A stretch of 63,922 nt of DNA, counting the filler, from Malassezia furfur (Eukaryota), in assembly GCA_052055015.1 (NCBI GenBank). It is 3 parts of 3 records of this genome, joined end to end, with 100 filler letters (N's around TTAATTAATTAA, not from the genome) between each part and the next. Parts side by side here need not be neighbours in the genome. Positions count along the whole stretch, not along the records: positions 44,253 to 63,922 come from JBQJIT010000184.1; 2 more parts are not named here. The stretch is one strand, 5' to 3'. Under the pieces are notes generated by a model. That model made no database searches, was not told where the DNA came from, and saw only the letters and a program-made list of their open reading frames with translations. This document shows positions 46,580 through 59,008 of the stretch, one piece after another. The stretch's first letter is position 1. Every line of letters starts with the position of its first letter. The translations under genes were made by a program, and so were the position numbers.

Positions 46580-47060
46580 AATAGCCCAGAAGGGGGCTCT
46601 CGGTTGGCTCGAGGCACAGCGTGCTCGCCACGAGGGGCCCCGGGCGTGTCGAGGCAGCCTATCGAGAGGGCCACTTGTGGCCCTTGTATATCCTCGCGGG
46701 ACACTGTACGGACCATGGCGTTGGGACGTGACGAAACGGTTTGCGCATGCGCGTCTCTTCCCTTTTTTCTCGTTGCCTGCGCTCATGGCATAGGCATCTT
46801 TTTTCCCTTAAAATTCCGCGCATGGGCAAAGCGGCCGTTCCCTGCTTTTGTCCCTTTGGTGATTAGCCTCTATACTACCGAAACTTGCTATGTCAAAATA
46901 GTGTGCTCCTCACGCAACTCGCGAGCGTCTTGCCGCGCTGCTCCGTAGCCACGTGCAACCCAGGCAGAGGTAGGCCGCCACCGACCGCCGCCGCGGTTGT
47001 GTGCCTCCACACGACAAAGTCGCGCGCTTTGTGATAGCTTCGCCTGGTTGCCTGTCCCCC

Positions 47061-47916
47061 ATGTTTCGCCTTGGACGCACCGCACTCGGTCTGCACGCAT
47101 TTGCAGCGCCGCGCATGCGCGTGTCGTGCGCACCACTCCGGTTCGCACGGTCCGCATCCACCGACGAGCTGAGCCGTGCGCGGCACCTGCAGCAGCAGCT
47201 TCGCGCACAGGACATCCGTAAGCGCAACCAGAGCATCGTGATGTACACTGCATCAGGGGTACGTGGACCGCAGGAATCTCACCGCTCTAGTTTATCATCG
47301 TGCTTGGTTTGTGCTACGCGGCGGTCCCCCTGTACCGCGCCTTCTGCTCCGCGACGGGATACAGCGGCACGCCTATGACGGACCGCTCGCGCTACTCGGA
47401 CGAATCGCGTCTGCGCCCTTCCTACACGGATCCATTCGACGAAGAACGCAAGACACAGCGGATTCGCGTCGCGTTCAACGCGAGCCACTCGGACCAGATT
47501 CCATGGTCGTTTGTGCCGGAGCAGCGCGAGATTTACGTGCTCCCGGGTGAGACCGCACTGACATTCTTCAAGGCGCACAACCCGACGGACCACGACATTA
47601 TCGGAATTGCGACCTACAACGTTGTGCCTGACCGGATTGCGCCCTACTTTGCCAAGATCGAGTGCTTCTGCTTTGAGGAGCAGAAACTGCTCGCGGGCGA
47701 AGAAGTCGACCTGCCTGTCTTCTTCTTCCTTGACAAAGAGATGCTGGAGGATACCGACACACGCGACGTCAAGGACGTCATGCTCAGCTACACGTTTTTC
47801 AGCGCGCGGCGCAACCCGGTGACCGGGCAGCTCGAGTACGTATGCACTACCAGTGATGCTCACACTCCAGACCGGACACGGACCTGTCCAAGTACCGCGT
47901 CGGGATGGACGCCTAA
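47061..47916 (+). CDS. COX11: Cytochrome c oxidase copper chaperone
   Basis: YAAVPLYRAFC, PGETAL, YFAKIECFCFEEQKL, LSYTFF. Introns 47259-47290 and 47836-47870. Confidence 0.95.
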
Positions 47917-47987
47917 AAGCGGCAGCAGCGTAGAATTACACAGGATGTATACCAGAAAATGTCGACCAAAGACACGTCGGCAGGCGC

Positions 47988-49430
47988 TTACTCCGACTTT
48001 TTCGACTTCTTCTCCTTCTTTTCCTTCTTCTCCTTCTTGCCCTCGCCCGCTGCCTCCTTGGCCTTCTTGGCCTCCTTCTTCTCCTTCTTCCGCCGCTTGC
48101 GCTCCTCCTCCGTCTCGCCGGCCTCGTCGTCGTCGTCGTTGTCCGTGTCCGCCTTGCGCTTCTTGTCAACCGCCGCCTCCGTCTCGGCCTCGAGCGCCGC
48201 GGGGACCTCGGCCTCGACACCGTTGGCCTCCTCGGTGGTGTCGGCGTCGGGCTTGGAGTAATCAACGTACTCCTTCGTCCACGAGGCGGGCGTCACGCCC
48301 TCGATCTCGTGGCCGTGCTTGTCGAGCTTGCCGTCCTTAACAAGCTTCTTCTTTTCAAGCGCCTTGGGGCCCAGGCCCCAGCGGCGCGGGTAGGTGTCGC
48401 GCTCCATAATGCAGCGCTTCACCTTGGCGACCACGCCGTGGTCGCACGTCGAAAGGTCGACGGTGGACATCTGGGCAATCGCGATCGCGATGGCCTCGCC
48501 CTTGGTGGTGATGAGCACCACCTCTTCGTTCAGCTCAATGTTCGCCTCAAAGCGCAGCAGACCAGGGATCATAAGCTTCGCACCGTAGCACACAGCATTC
48601 ACCGCACTGTCCTTCACCACGATCCGCTTGTACCCGACCAGGAGCGACTCGAGCGGCTGGATAACCTTGCGCAGGTACGACTCATCGCGCTGCGTGTCGT
48701 ACAGCCACTGCGCATCGAGCACATCGTGCATCGTCGCCATATCGTCCGACTCGCTCATCGCACCACTGCGCACGCGGCGCAGCTCCTGCATGTGGCCGCC
48801 GACGCCCAGGAGCAGACCGAGGTGCACACACAGCGTCCGGATATACGTGCCTGCCTCGCAGCTCACCCAGAACACGGCCAGGTGGCGGTCGTTGTCGAAC
48901 TCAATGAGCTTCGACTCGTAGATCGTCCGGATACGCAGCTGGCGCTTCACGGCAGAGATCAGCGGCGGGCGCTGGAAGAGCGCGCCAGTAAGCGTCTCCA
49001 GGACGCGCGGCAGCTTGGACGGGTCAGGGAGCGCCTCGTGGAGACGCAGCACGGCCACGTACTCTTTTCCTGCGCCCTGCTGCGACTTGACCAAGCGGGT
49101 CGCACGGTCGATACACACAATCAGGCAGCCGGTTACCTTGGGGTCGAGCGTGCCCGAGTGGCCCGTCTTCTCCACGCGCAAGATGCGGCGGATCCACGCG
49201 ACCACCTCGTGCGATGAGGGGTTCGACGGCTTGTCGAGGTTGATCACACCACTGCTCACGTAGGAGGGAAGATCGCGCTGCAGCGGCGAGCAGCCGTGCG
49301 GAATCGGCGTGAAGTGGTTCGTGCGCACAAGCAGCTTGTCATAGTTCTTCAAGAGGAGCGGCCATTCGGACGCGTCGAGCTTGGGGCCCGCGCTGTCCGG
49401 CTTGATCATCAACCCTGCGTTGTCCGCCAT
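47988..49430 (-). CDS. CBF5: H/ACA snoRNP pseudouridine synthase (dyskerin)
   Basis: [27 protein letters not shown] domain, KKE tail. Intronless. Confidence 0.97.
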   Translation of the reverse strand: MADNAGLMIKPDSAGPKLDASEWPLLLKNYDKLLVRTNHFTPIPHGCSPLQRDLPSYVSSGVINLDKPSNPSSHEVVAWIRRILRVEKTGHSGTLDPKVTGCLIVCIDRATRLVKSQQGAGKEYVAVLRLHEALPDPSKLPRVLETLTGALFQRPPLISAVKRQLRIRTIYESKLIEFDNDRHLAVFWVSCEAGTYIRTLCVHLGLLLGVGGHMQELRRVRSGAMSESDDMATMHDVLDAQWLYDTQRDESYLRKVIQPLESLLVGYKRIVVKDSAVNAVCYGAKLMIPGLLRFEANIELNEEVVLITTKGEAIAIAIAQMSTVDLSTCDHGVVAKVKRCIMERDTYPRRWGLGPKALEKKKLVKDGKLDKHGHEIEGVTPASWTKEYVDYSKPDADTTEEANGVEAEVPAALEAETEAAVDKKRKADTDNDDDDEAGETEEERKRRKKEKKEAKKAKEAAGEGKKEKKEKKEKKSKKSE

Positions 49431-49610
49431 GGCCTTCCTGCGCCGGCTGCCCTGCGCCCGCGCACGCCGCGCCGCTTTTTTTGCGCGGGCTCCCACGTGG
49501 GTGCCATGCAAAAGTCACGTGGGAAAAGAATGTGTAGTTCTGCGTGGTGCCAGACACCTTTCTTCACGCTTTGCTGATCCACAGTAGGCCGCTCTATTTT
49601 ACATTGAATC

Positions 49611-50012
49611 ATGGCTGTCACGAAGTCGAACAAGGTCGTTGGTGCCGGTGCCTCGAAGGGCGCGGCCGCGAAGGGCAACAGCTTCTTCATTGACTTCTCG
49701 GGCCCCGCCAGCGACGGTGTGCTCGACGCCGACGCGTTTGAGAAGTTCCTGCACGACCGCATCAAGGTCGACGGCAAGGCCGGCCAGCTCGGCGATGCTG
49801 TGCAGATCTCGCGCGAGGGTGAGGGCAAGATCTGGGTGAAGACCACGATCCCCTTCTCGAAGCGCTACCTCAAGTACCTCACCAAGAAGTTCCTGAAGCG
49901 CGCCGAGCTCCGTGACTGGCTCCGTGTGGTCGCTACGTCCAAGCCTGGCTTTGAGATCAAGTTCTTCAACGTCTCCTACGACCAGGAGGAGGAGGAGGCC
50001 GACGAGGAGTAA
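49611..50012 (+). CDS. RPL22: 60S ribosomal protein L22 (eL22)
   Basis: FEKFLHDRIKVDGK, FSKRYLKYLTKKFLK, LRDWLRVV. Confidence 0.97.
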   Translation: MAVTKSNKVVGAGASKGAAAKGNSFFIDFSGPASDGVLDADAFEKFLHDRIKVDGKAGQLGDAVQISREGEGKIWVKTTIPFSKRYLKYLTKKFLKRAELRDWLRVVATSKPGFEIKFFNVSYDQEEEEADEE

Positions 50013-50143
50013 ACGTCGACTCCCCCTTGAGTAGTCTCGTAGAGGAGCGTGCTCCTTGCCCCAAAAAAGCTTGCCCCAGGCAGCCCCCTATTTTATACCT
50101 CTCGTGTGTCGTACAGGATGGCTGGCTTGCCTACGTCCTACGC

Positions 50144-52956
50144 TTAGTAGCCCTTGGGAATGCGCCGCTGCTTGTGCCCGGAGCTGCGCTTCTTGCCGTC
50201 GCGCTGGTCTTTGCGCTTTTGCGCACGCAGCTCCTTCTTCATGCGGGGGTCGACCATGCGGTAGCGGCCCTTGGTGCCCTTCGGGCGGCCCTTAATTCCG
50301 CGGTTCGCGCCGCGCGCCACGACGAGCTGCGGCGGCTTCTTCTCGCTGCCCGCCTTCTTGGCCATCGACTTGGCCATGATCTTGTTAATGTTCTCGGCCT
50401 TTTCGCGCTCGGTCAAGTCAGCGTTCTCGTTGATGGCCTCGGCACGCTTCTGTGCCTTTTCCAGGCGCATCGCAGCACGGTGCTTCTTGCGCGCCTTGGC
50501 CTCGGCAATCTTCTTGATGGGACGCGCATCCAGCGCACGCTGCCGCGCGCGCAGCGCCTCGACAGCCTCCTTAGAGACGGGGATATTGGTGCGGTAGTGC
50601 TCGTTCTCGTCGTCCAAGAACCACTGCGGCAGGCCCGACTTGTCGTTGAAATTGTGCTTCGAGAAGCCCTGGTCGACCAGGTCCGACTTGGTCATCTGCC
50701 GGTTCACGAGCGCATGCGCCATCGACACCGCCTCGGCAGTGTGCAAGCCATGCCGCGCGATCTTTTCGCGCTTCGCCGCATCGGGGTCCTCGTCGTGCAC
50801 ACTCCACGAGCCGTCCGGCACATTGGCGGCAAAGCTCGAGGGAACGGTCTCGATGTCATCATCGTACATCGTTTCGCTCTCCTCATCCTCGTCCTCGTCT
50901 TCGTCTTCGTCCATCTCTTCGTCCTCTTCAAGTTCCGGCGTGCTTTCCTCGGCCTTGCGCTTCGGCACGAGCACCTCAAGCGGCAACATGTCCTGGAACA
51001 CGGGGTTGTCGTACCACATTGCCGACTCAGCGCTCTGGCGCTGCCTCAGCTCCGCGTCCGACTCGAGCGGCGTGAGCAGTGACTGTGTCGCTCCGCGCCC
51101 GCGCTTGGGCGCATTTGCACGCGTCGCCTGCGGCGCCGGCTGCGCCTCAGCGAGCTCGGCGCGCTCGTCTTCGTCGTCCTCCGCATCGTCCGAGTCGTAC
51201 GTCTCCTCCGCAAACTTGCGCCGGTTCACCGAGTCGTAGCCCTTCTCGACATTCACATCCGAGTCTGCGTCGCTGTCGTCGCTCTTCTTGTCCGCGTCGA
51301 TGCCACCCCACTCTTCGTACTTGGACGACTTGCGCCGCGCCTCCTTCGCACGGAACTTGGCGTCGCGCTCCTGGAGGTGGTGCTGGTACTGCTCGTACAT
51401 CGAGTCCATGCCCGACTCGAGCTCACGAATGCGCCGCTCCTTTTCGTCGTCGTCCGAGTCGTCCTCGGACACGTCTTCGTCCGCCGACGCCACGTCGGCC
51501 TCGGACGCCTCGTCGCTCATGGCATCCTCCGCATCCAGAAGCTCGGCGTGGCCACGACGCGGGCCGTGGCGCTCGAGCGCATCGAGCGAAAAGGTCTCGG
51601 CACCACCGTGGAGCGCCTCGTCCGTCCAGTCCTCGCCGAGCTCCATCGGCGTCGACATGTTCAGCTGCAGCTTCTGCAGCGCCTTGGCGCGCGCCTCGTT
51701 CCGGCGGCGGCGCTCCTTGCGCGCGCGCTTCGTAGACTCTTCGTTAAGGCGCGCCAACTCCTCGTCCATCGCCTCCTCCTCGTTCAGCGGCTCGACTTCG
51801 ATGGTCTGCGTCGCCTCGGCGTCCTGCTCCTGCTGCTTCTTGTTGCGGTCCAGGCCAAGCTTCTCGCGCAGCGCCTTACGCCACTTGATCAGCGACGAGA
51901 AGTCGCCACGGCCAAGCACCTTGAGGTCCTCGCAGTTCGCGCGGATGTCGTCGGTGGTCAGCGGGTCGCGGAGCAGCTCCTGGTCCTCCTCCGAGTCAAA
52001 GGTGATGCGGTTGTACGTGCCGAGCGCCGCGATCGCATCGGTGCTGCGCACATAGTCTGCGGCGGCAATCGTCTTGTACAGGGTATAGTTGCCTTCCTCG
52101 TAGCCCTCGCGCTTGCGTCGCGCCTTTTCGGGGTTCACGACGTTTTCGAGCAGGTTGTGCGAGCTGGTGCCCGACATCTCCTTGGATGCCGACGTCGGAT
52201 CAAGCTCCTTGAACACGTATTTCGGGTCGAGGAACTTGGGGTCGATGCGCTTCATGTTCTTGAAGCGCTGGCACACCACGAAAATCTCGGCAGAGACATT
52301 ACGCGACGACGGCGGCTTCGTGGCCTCGACGTGGTGGAAGAGCTGGTTGAACACCCAGACGAGGTTGTTGTAGTCCTTCGAACGGAACACTTTCGTAACG
52401 AACGTGCCGCCCGGCGCCAGGAACTCGACGGCAAGCTTGAGTGCTTGGAGCGTCAGCTCCGACTGGGCGTACGCGTCCTGAACCCATGCAGTACCGACGT
52501 TCGGCGCACCGTCGTGCAACACGACATCGGCGCGCCAGTCCTTGAGGTTCTCGCGGAGCTGGTCACGGCACTTGTACGAGTTGATGTCCTCGGCAAACGT
52601 GATACAGCGGGGGATCGGCTTGATAGGGACAAGGTCGACACCTGGGGTCAGTGGCGTGATCGGCGTACGCACCGACAATCAGACTGTTCGGAGGCATGTG
52701 CTTCGATGCCACTTGCAGCCAGCCACCGGGCGCCGCACACAAGTCGATACAGCAGTGCGCATCCTCCAAAAACTTGTATTTCTTGTTCAGCTGCACGAGC
52801 TTGAACGCGGATCGGGCGCGATAGCCCTGCTCCCTGCGGTCAGTGTTTCGCGAGTGTATACACACTTGGCGAGCCAGTAGAACTTGTCGAGACGGCTGTG
52901 GTGTGAGCGGTGCGGCCGACGTACCCCTTGCCCGACTTCTTGTCGTGCTTGCCCAT
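50144..52956 (-). CDS. SPB1: AdoMet-dependent 27S pre-rRNA methyltransferase
   Basis: [50 protein letters not shown]. Introns 52896-52924, 52834-52865, 52642-52672. Confidence 0.96.
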
Positions 52957-53092
52957 CGTGCGCCTCGCGGAGCGGCGTGTTCTGCACGCCGCCGCACTTT
53001 TTTTGTGAATGGCTGACTAAGACCACGTGACTTTTGCTGGGCGCGCGCGAAGAAAAAGCCCGGCGGTCGGGGTCGTGCAACGTATCCGCACG

Positions 53093-55338
53093 ATGGACCG
53101 CGAGCTAGACGACATTGACTACTCGGACATCGAGGCCAAGTATGCCGTGCCGTTCGATGATAGTCTCGAGAATGTGATTATTATCAACGGTGTGCCGGTC
53201 ATCACGTCGGCAAAGCAGCAGAAGCTGTTCGAGACGATCCAGAAGCGCTTCCGGACCCAGGCAGAGATCGAGGTGCCGCTGGAATGCATGCACATCTCGT
53301 ACGGCGACAATGGCGAGTCGAAGGGGTATGTTTGGGGCACGTCTGACCCCGCAGCTACATGCTTATGGAGCTGGCGAACGCGGACGAAGCTGCGCACGCG
53401 ATCCGCACCATGGACAACTACGCATTTGACAAGAAGCACCACTTCCTGGTGAACCGCTTCAGCGACATTGAGCGCCTGACCAACATGGACGAGACATACG
53501 TCGAGCCGGAGGAGGAGCCATATAAACAGCGCGGCCACCTGCGCTCCTGGCTTGCGGACCCGGCGGGCCGCGACCAGCTGGCGATCTGCTGCGGCGATGA
53601 GGTGCAGATTGCGTGGCACAACCGCGCGTCGAACCCCGAGATTGTGCACACACGGACACGCTGGACCGAGTCGTACGTGCAGTGGTCGCCGCTCGGCACC
53701 TACCTGGCCACGTTCCACCTCCAAGGCATCGCGCTCTGGGGTGGGTCCGCCTGGGAGCGGATCATGCGATACCCCCACCCTGGTGTGCGCCTCGTCGACT
53801 TTAGCCCGGACGAGAAATACATGGTGACGTGGTCTGCAGAGCCGATCCAGGTCCCTGAAAACGCCCCCCAGGGCCCGCAGTTCTTTGCGCCCGAGGACGA
53901 GGGGAACCGCGTCGCGGTGTGGGAAGTGCGCACCGGCCACCTGCTGCGTACCTTCCCCATCCAGCAGGAGGAGACAGTCACCGAGACCGGCCAGCAGGTT
54001 AAGGGTTTCAGCTGGCCCTTCCTGAAATGGAGCGGCGACAGCAAGTACTGTGCTAAAGTGACGCCCGGCAAGGCGATCAGCGTCTACCAGGTGCCGAGCA
54101 TGGGCCTGCTCGACCAAAAGAGCATCCGCATCGACGGTGTCGTCGACTTTGAGTGGTGCCCGCTGGGCGACAAGGACAAGGAGGCGCTCGAGGTGTGGAA
54201 CGAGGGCAAGAACCCCAACCTGCCCAAGGGCTTCAAGAAGCCGCGTGACAATATGCTGTGCTACTGGCAGCCCGAAGTCGCGAACCAGCCGGCCCGTGTG
54301 ACGGTGATGAGCGTACCGACGCGCGAGGTGCTGCGCTCCAAAAACCTGTTCAACGTGGCCGACTGCAAGCTGCACTGGCACCCGCAGGGCGACTACCTCT
54401 GTGTCAAGGTGGACCGCCAGACCAAGACCAAGAAGACGGTCTTTTGCAACTTTGAGCTGTTCCGCATGCGCGAGAAGGACTTCCCGGTGGAGGTCGTGGA
54501 GCTCAAGGACCCGGTACTTGCCTTTGCCTGGGAGCCGCAGGGCAGCCACTTTGCGGTGATCTCCACCAACGACCCCAACTTTGGCGTCGTGGCACCCGGT
54601 GTGACGCTCAAGACGCAGCTCAACTTCTACCACCTGCACCCGCGTGGCAACTTCCGCCTGCTCAAGGCGTTCGACAACAAGGCGTGCAACTCGCTCTTTT
54701 GGTCGCCGCGCGGCCGCCACCTGCTTGCGGCCACGCTCGGATCTACGCAAAAGTTCGAGCTGGAGTGGTACGACGTCGACTTCAACATCGAGGCGCGCCA
54801 GAATGCCAACAACCCGGATGTGCTTGAGGAGGTGAAGCTGATCGGCAGCGGTGAGCACTACAGCATGACCGACATCGAGTGGGACCCGAGCGGTCGCTAC
54901 GTGACCACCAGCGCGAGCCTGTGGCGCCGGTCGACCGAGCACGGCTACGCGATCTGGAACTTCCACGGTGTGGAGCTGCAGAAGCACATCCTCGAGCAGT
55001 TCAAGCAGATTCTATGGCGCCCGCGGCCCAAGACGCTGCTCAGCAAGGAGGACCAGAAGCGCGTGCGCCGCAACCTTCGCGAGTACTCCAAGATCTTCGA
55101 CCAGGAGGACGAGGCGGAGGAGAGCAGCCAGGCGCTCGCGCACCGCGAGGTGTATCAGCGCATGGTCCAGGAGTGGAAGGAGTGGCGCGAGCGCAACCGC
55201 GAAAAGCTCGAGGAGGCCAAGCAGGTGTACAAGACGGACCCTGCCGCGCTCAGCGCCGAGCAGCTCCAGAAGGAGAGCACCGAAGAGGTGCAAGAGTGGA
55301 TGGAGGAGATCCTCGAGGAGACCGAGGAACTCGTCTAG
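53093..55338 (+). CDS. PRT1: Translation initiation factor 3 subunit B
   Basis: N-terminal [30 protein letters not shown]. Intron 53326-53354. Confidence 0.96.
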
Positions 55339-55447
55339 GCACGCACATGGTGATAGGGAGCATAGTCCACACCCGGTACGGTCCATGGCCCAGGGGCATC
55401 CGCGCCATACGCTTTCCAGAGACACTGCGGTGTCAAGACTATCACAT

Positions 55448-56260
55448 CTACTTCTTCGCGCCGCCGTTCACCTTGATCCATTGCGAGCGCGCGCCGAGGA
55501 GCGAGCTGAGGGTACCCGCCGCACCAATCACGCCCTCGTTGAAGCTGAACCAGCCGGTGCTCGTACCGGGGTTCACAATGTCGCACGCGTCCTGCAGCAT
55601 CTGCAGGCGCACCGCCTTGGTGTCCGCCGCAAGCTGGTGCAGCTCGACACGGCGCTCGGCCTCCTTCTCGGCCGTCGCACGCGGGCGCTGCGCAAACTTG
55701 AGGCGCTGCGCAAGCTGGTGCGACTTGTACACGCCGCTGATCAGCGAGAAGGTCAGACCAATGAGCCAGAAGCGCGCCGCGTTCTTCGAGATCTTCTGCG
55801 CGGTCTCCTTCTCGAAACGCACGGCCTTGGCACCCTGCATCCACTGCAGCGCATCGAGGATCAGGTAGAACGCGTAGCCAAGCTGGCGGCCCACAGCGGT
55901 GACCATCAGCACCGGGTCCGCAGTGCTCGTCGCCTTGAGCGCGGCCTGGAAGTGCTCCAGGAACTTGCCGATACGGAAGACTGGACATGAGCATGAAATA
56001 CGTACGCTTGCGGCTCAAGCCGATGTTCGACTTAATCGACGACCAGCGTGCGACAGTCTCCTTGGGCGCGCCGCGGCTCAGCGTGTACCACGCCAGAAAG
56101 CGCGAAAGGTACTGAACCGAACGCGACGTCTTGTCGCGACCGACAGTCGTGCTCCAGAACTTGAGCTGCACAGGGTGTTAGCATCTCATCCAGCATGCAT
56201 CTCAACACTTACCAACTGCGAGATGTACGGGTGCAGCACAATCTGTTGGACCGAGGCCAT
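55448..56260 (-). CDS. PEX11: Peroxisomal biogenesis factor 11
   Basis: VLHP, TTVGRDK..RSVQYLSRF, RKLFRIGKF, QDACD, GVIGAAG. Introns 56166-56212 and 55981-56005. Confidence 0.93.
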
Positions 56261-56502
56261 GGTTCGATAGCGGTGGGGTGAAAGAGCCAGCTGCCGCTAC
56301 GGCAGCCATGACCGGAATATCGCCGGGCCTTACTTCAGCGTGCGGGGGTGCTGAGTCAGCAGTTGTCGTGCAGCGCAATCTTATTAGCTTTGGCACCGCC
56401 GAAATTCACGCCCGCCGGACGGTCAGCCGGTGCCCAACGGACCAATCCGCATGCGCGAAATTCTACGAGCTACGGCACCGTGCGCAAGGGCGCGAAGTGG
56501 AC

Positions 56503-57994
56503 TTAGAAGACCGTCTGCGAAGCACCGTCCCCGAGGCGCGCGTCGAGCGTCTGCAGCGCCTGCCGCGCCTCGCTGACCATGCGCTCCATCACCGCAGGTG
56601 TGTCGTCATCTGCGGCCAGCGGCTTCGTCTCGCGCTGACGGAGCTGCTGTGCGGCCATCCCCAGCGCCAGCACACGGCGGTACACGCGCTGCGCCGTTGC
56701 AAGCTCGTCCTGCGTCGGCGTCGTCTCGGTTGCTCCGCGCGCATTCATGAGCATATGTCCATAGTTCATCATTGCGGGCATGAAATCTGGGTGAATATAC
56801 CACGTACTTTTGCTCGCTGCGGCAGCAAACCATTCGCGCGCGCTGCGGTCGTCAGGCACGACGCCCCACCGCGACTGGTGCGAGCGTTTTTGCTCCTCTG
56901 TTGCTGACGATGCATCGGGTGCATCCGTGATGAGGTAGCGCAGGCCCATGTTGTAGGCACTTGCTGCATGCCCGTGCTGCGCCGCTTGCAAAAAGTAGCG
57001 GTTAGACAGCGTGATCGCTTCATGCGCTGCTTTGGCGTTGTTCTGCTCGCGCAGCTCGTCTGCCCGCGTGGCATGTTGCACACCAAGTGCGTAGGAGCAT
57101 TGCGTACTTCCTGCACGCGCACCTTGCTCGAAGCATTCCTGCATGCGGTCGGTGTCGCGACCCAGGTACGGCGTGCCTTGGTACAATCTGCCAAGCTCGT
57201 ACCAGGCATCGGGCATGCCGCTCTTTCCTGCGCGCTCCCATAGTTCAATTACGCGGGGCATGCGGCTTGCAGCAGTGTCGGGGGCCGCGTCGATCTGGGC
57301 CAAAAGAACGCGGCCCATGCCAAACAGGGCTTGGGGATGTCCTTTGCGGGCCAGCGTCGCGTAGAGTTCCATGGCCTCGTCAGCGGCACGCTTAGGATCT
57401 TCCGAGCCTTGGATCATGCCTTCGAGCACCATTGTCGCCCACGAATAGCCAGCGTCGTCGTCGCCGCGACGATGCGCAAGTGCATAGAGCTGACCAACCA
57501 CTTTGTTTCGGCGTGCGTCGCGGCTCAGTTGCAGAATTGCCGCGGCAAGTTTACGCAGTGCCGAGGGGGGAAGACGGTGGTTGTCCACGACTGGGTCAGT
57601 GTACAAAGACGGACCTTGGTATACTTGTCCCTCTGTCTCTCGGTCGACGCCTTCCGCCGGAGTGTTCAGCAGGAGGGTAACGATGGACTCGGCGACATCT
57701 TGGGGGACAGGGTACCGCTTGGACGGCGGAACAAGACCTGGTGTTAGCGGGATACGTACGTCGGAGTTGGGCTAGCGCTGCGCGGTCCTGCGCGGGATCG
57801 GCTGCCGTTGCAAAGGTACGCGAAGCAGCTGTCGGGGTACGAGTGGTGGGTAGATGCGTGCATGATTCGGCCCGCAAGTGGGCTGTTCCTCTCAGAGGTG
57901 TTACTTTGGTTGCATGGGGGGTACTCGTCACAATGTGCCGCACTGCGCGCGGTGCGGCCTGTGCACGAAGCGCGCGGACCAGGTGGGTGAACAT
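56503..57994 (-). CDS. Mitochondrial Sel1-like repeat protein (possibly Mss2-like)
   Basis: Presequence-like MFTHLVRALRA and SLR repeats (GHPQALFGMG, GMPDAWYELG, GHAASAYNMG). Introns 57738-57759 and 56787-56807. Confidence 0.75.
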
Positions 57995-58249
57995 CGTAGG
58001 AAGTTTCCCTCCACACAGTCCAGTCACCAAAAAGGGCCCATTTCTCGTAAGAGATCCGGACGGGGAGGCAAAGAACCATACAATAGGAGCCTGCACGGCA
58101 CAACGTATCTATCAACATAACATACCAGCCGGCCACATAAGCACAAACCATGGTGGGATACGATCACTTCGTCTCTATCAGGTATCATACAGCAAGCACA
58201 GAGTCAACGCCCTATGGCTTGCCCGTGCGTGACGTAATGGAATGCGGTT

Positions 58250-58805
58250 TTACGCAGAGTTCACACCCGTGTTCTTTTGCTTGAGGTTCCGCGAGAACTC
58301 GCCGTAGCAGTGCTCACAGATATGGTGCTGCAGCTTGGGCCGTGCACAGCCAGGGCAGTGCACGAGGTCTGGTAGGGTTAGTCGGGTGTCGATGCCATGT
58401 GTACGTACTGATGCGGTCCTTCAGGCCCTTGTTGGCCGAGCGCATCGCCTTGCGCGAGTGCGACACCTTTTTCTTGGGCGCGGCGAGGAGCAGGCCGTCC
58501 CAAGCCTCGGGGCCTTCTGACACAGGCATGGCAGGGAGAGTGAGGCCAGCGCCCGCGGGGGCGAGCGCGCCAGCATCCGAACCATCGTGCGGCGAGTTTC
58601 CGAGGGTATGCGAAAGCGTTGTGGTGATCTGGGCGGCCCACTGGCGCAGGAAGTGCGGGACGTGGACCGTGAGAAGCGGCATGGCAGCCGCGACGTACAC
58701 CGGTGCCGCAGGCGTGGTTGTGGACAGAGTGTGCGCAAAGGGCGACACGATGCGCATGCTACGCAGCGCACCCATGGAAACCAGCATACTGAGGCTCGTG
58801 CGCAT
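58250..58805 (-). CDS. MRPL32: Mitochondrial ribosomal protein bL32m
   Basis: LLLAAPKKKVSHSRK, CPGC..PKLQHHICEHC. Intron 58369-58408. Confidence 0.93.
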
Positions 58806-58879
58806 TGCAAACAAAAGTGGCCGGCGAGCAGAGGAGCGACGAACAGAACGAAAAGCGCCGATACACCGTTTAGTCAGCG

Positions 58880-58965
58880 CCGTCGCGGTTCCCCGCACTG
58901 CGAAGCGTTAGGTCGGAAGAAACCGTCGCGGTTCCCCGCACTGCGAAGCGTTAGGTCGGAAGAAA
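58880..58965. repeat. Perfect 43-bp tandem duplication
   Basis: CCGTCGCGGTTCCCCGCACTGCGAAGCGTTAGGTCGGAAGAAA at 58880-58922 and 58923-58965. Confidence 0.95.
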
Positions 58966-59008
58966 TGCTGGCTAGGTAACTACCCTATACACTGCGGCGC
59001 TGCCGAAT

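Noticed and set aside
46580..47060. Relatively long intergenic region with a hairpin (AGGGCCACTTGTGGCCCT) as a snoRNA or other ncRNA
   Set aside because: No convincing C/D or H/ACA boxes or tRNA features seen; explainable as the RPS5 3' UTR plus COX11 promoter. An Infernal/Rfam scan would settle it.
49530..49584. Possible 5' UTR intron of RPL22 (GCTGATCCACAG branch/acceptor-like)
   Set aside because: No GTRYGT-type donor upstream; not supportable without RNA data.
58880..58965. GTTCCCCGC-containing repeat resembling a type I-E CRISPR repeat
   Set aside because: Only two abutting copies, no spacer, no cas genes, eukaryotic context.
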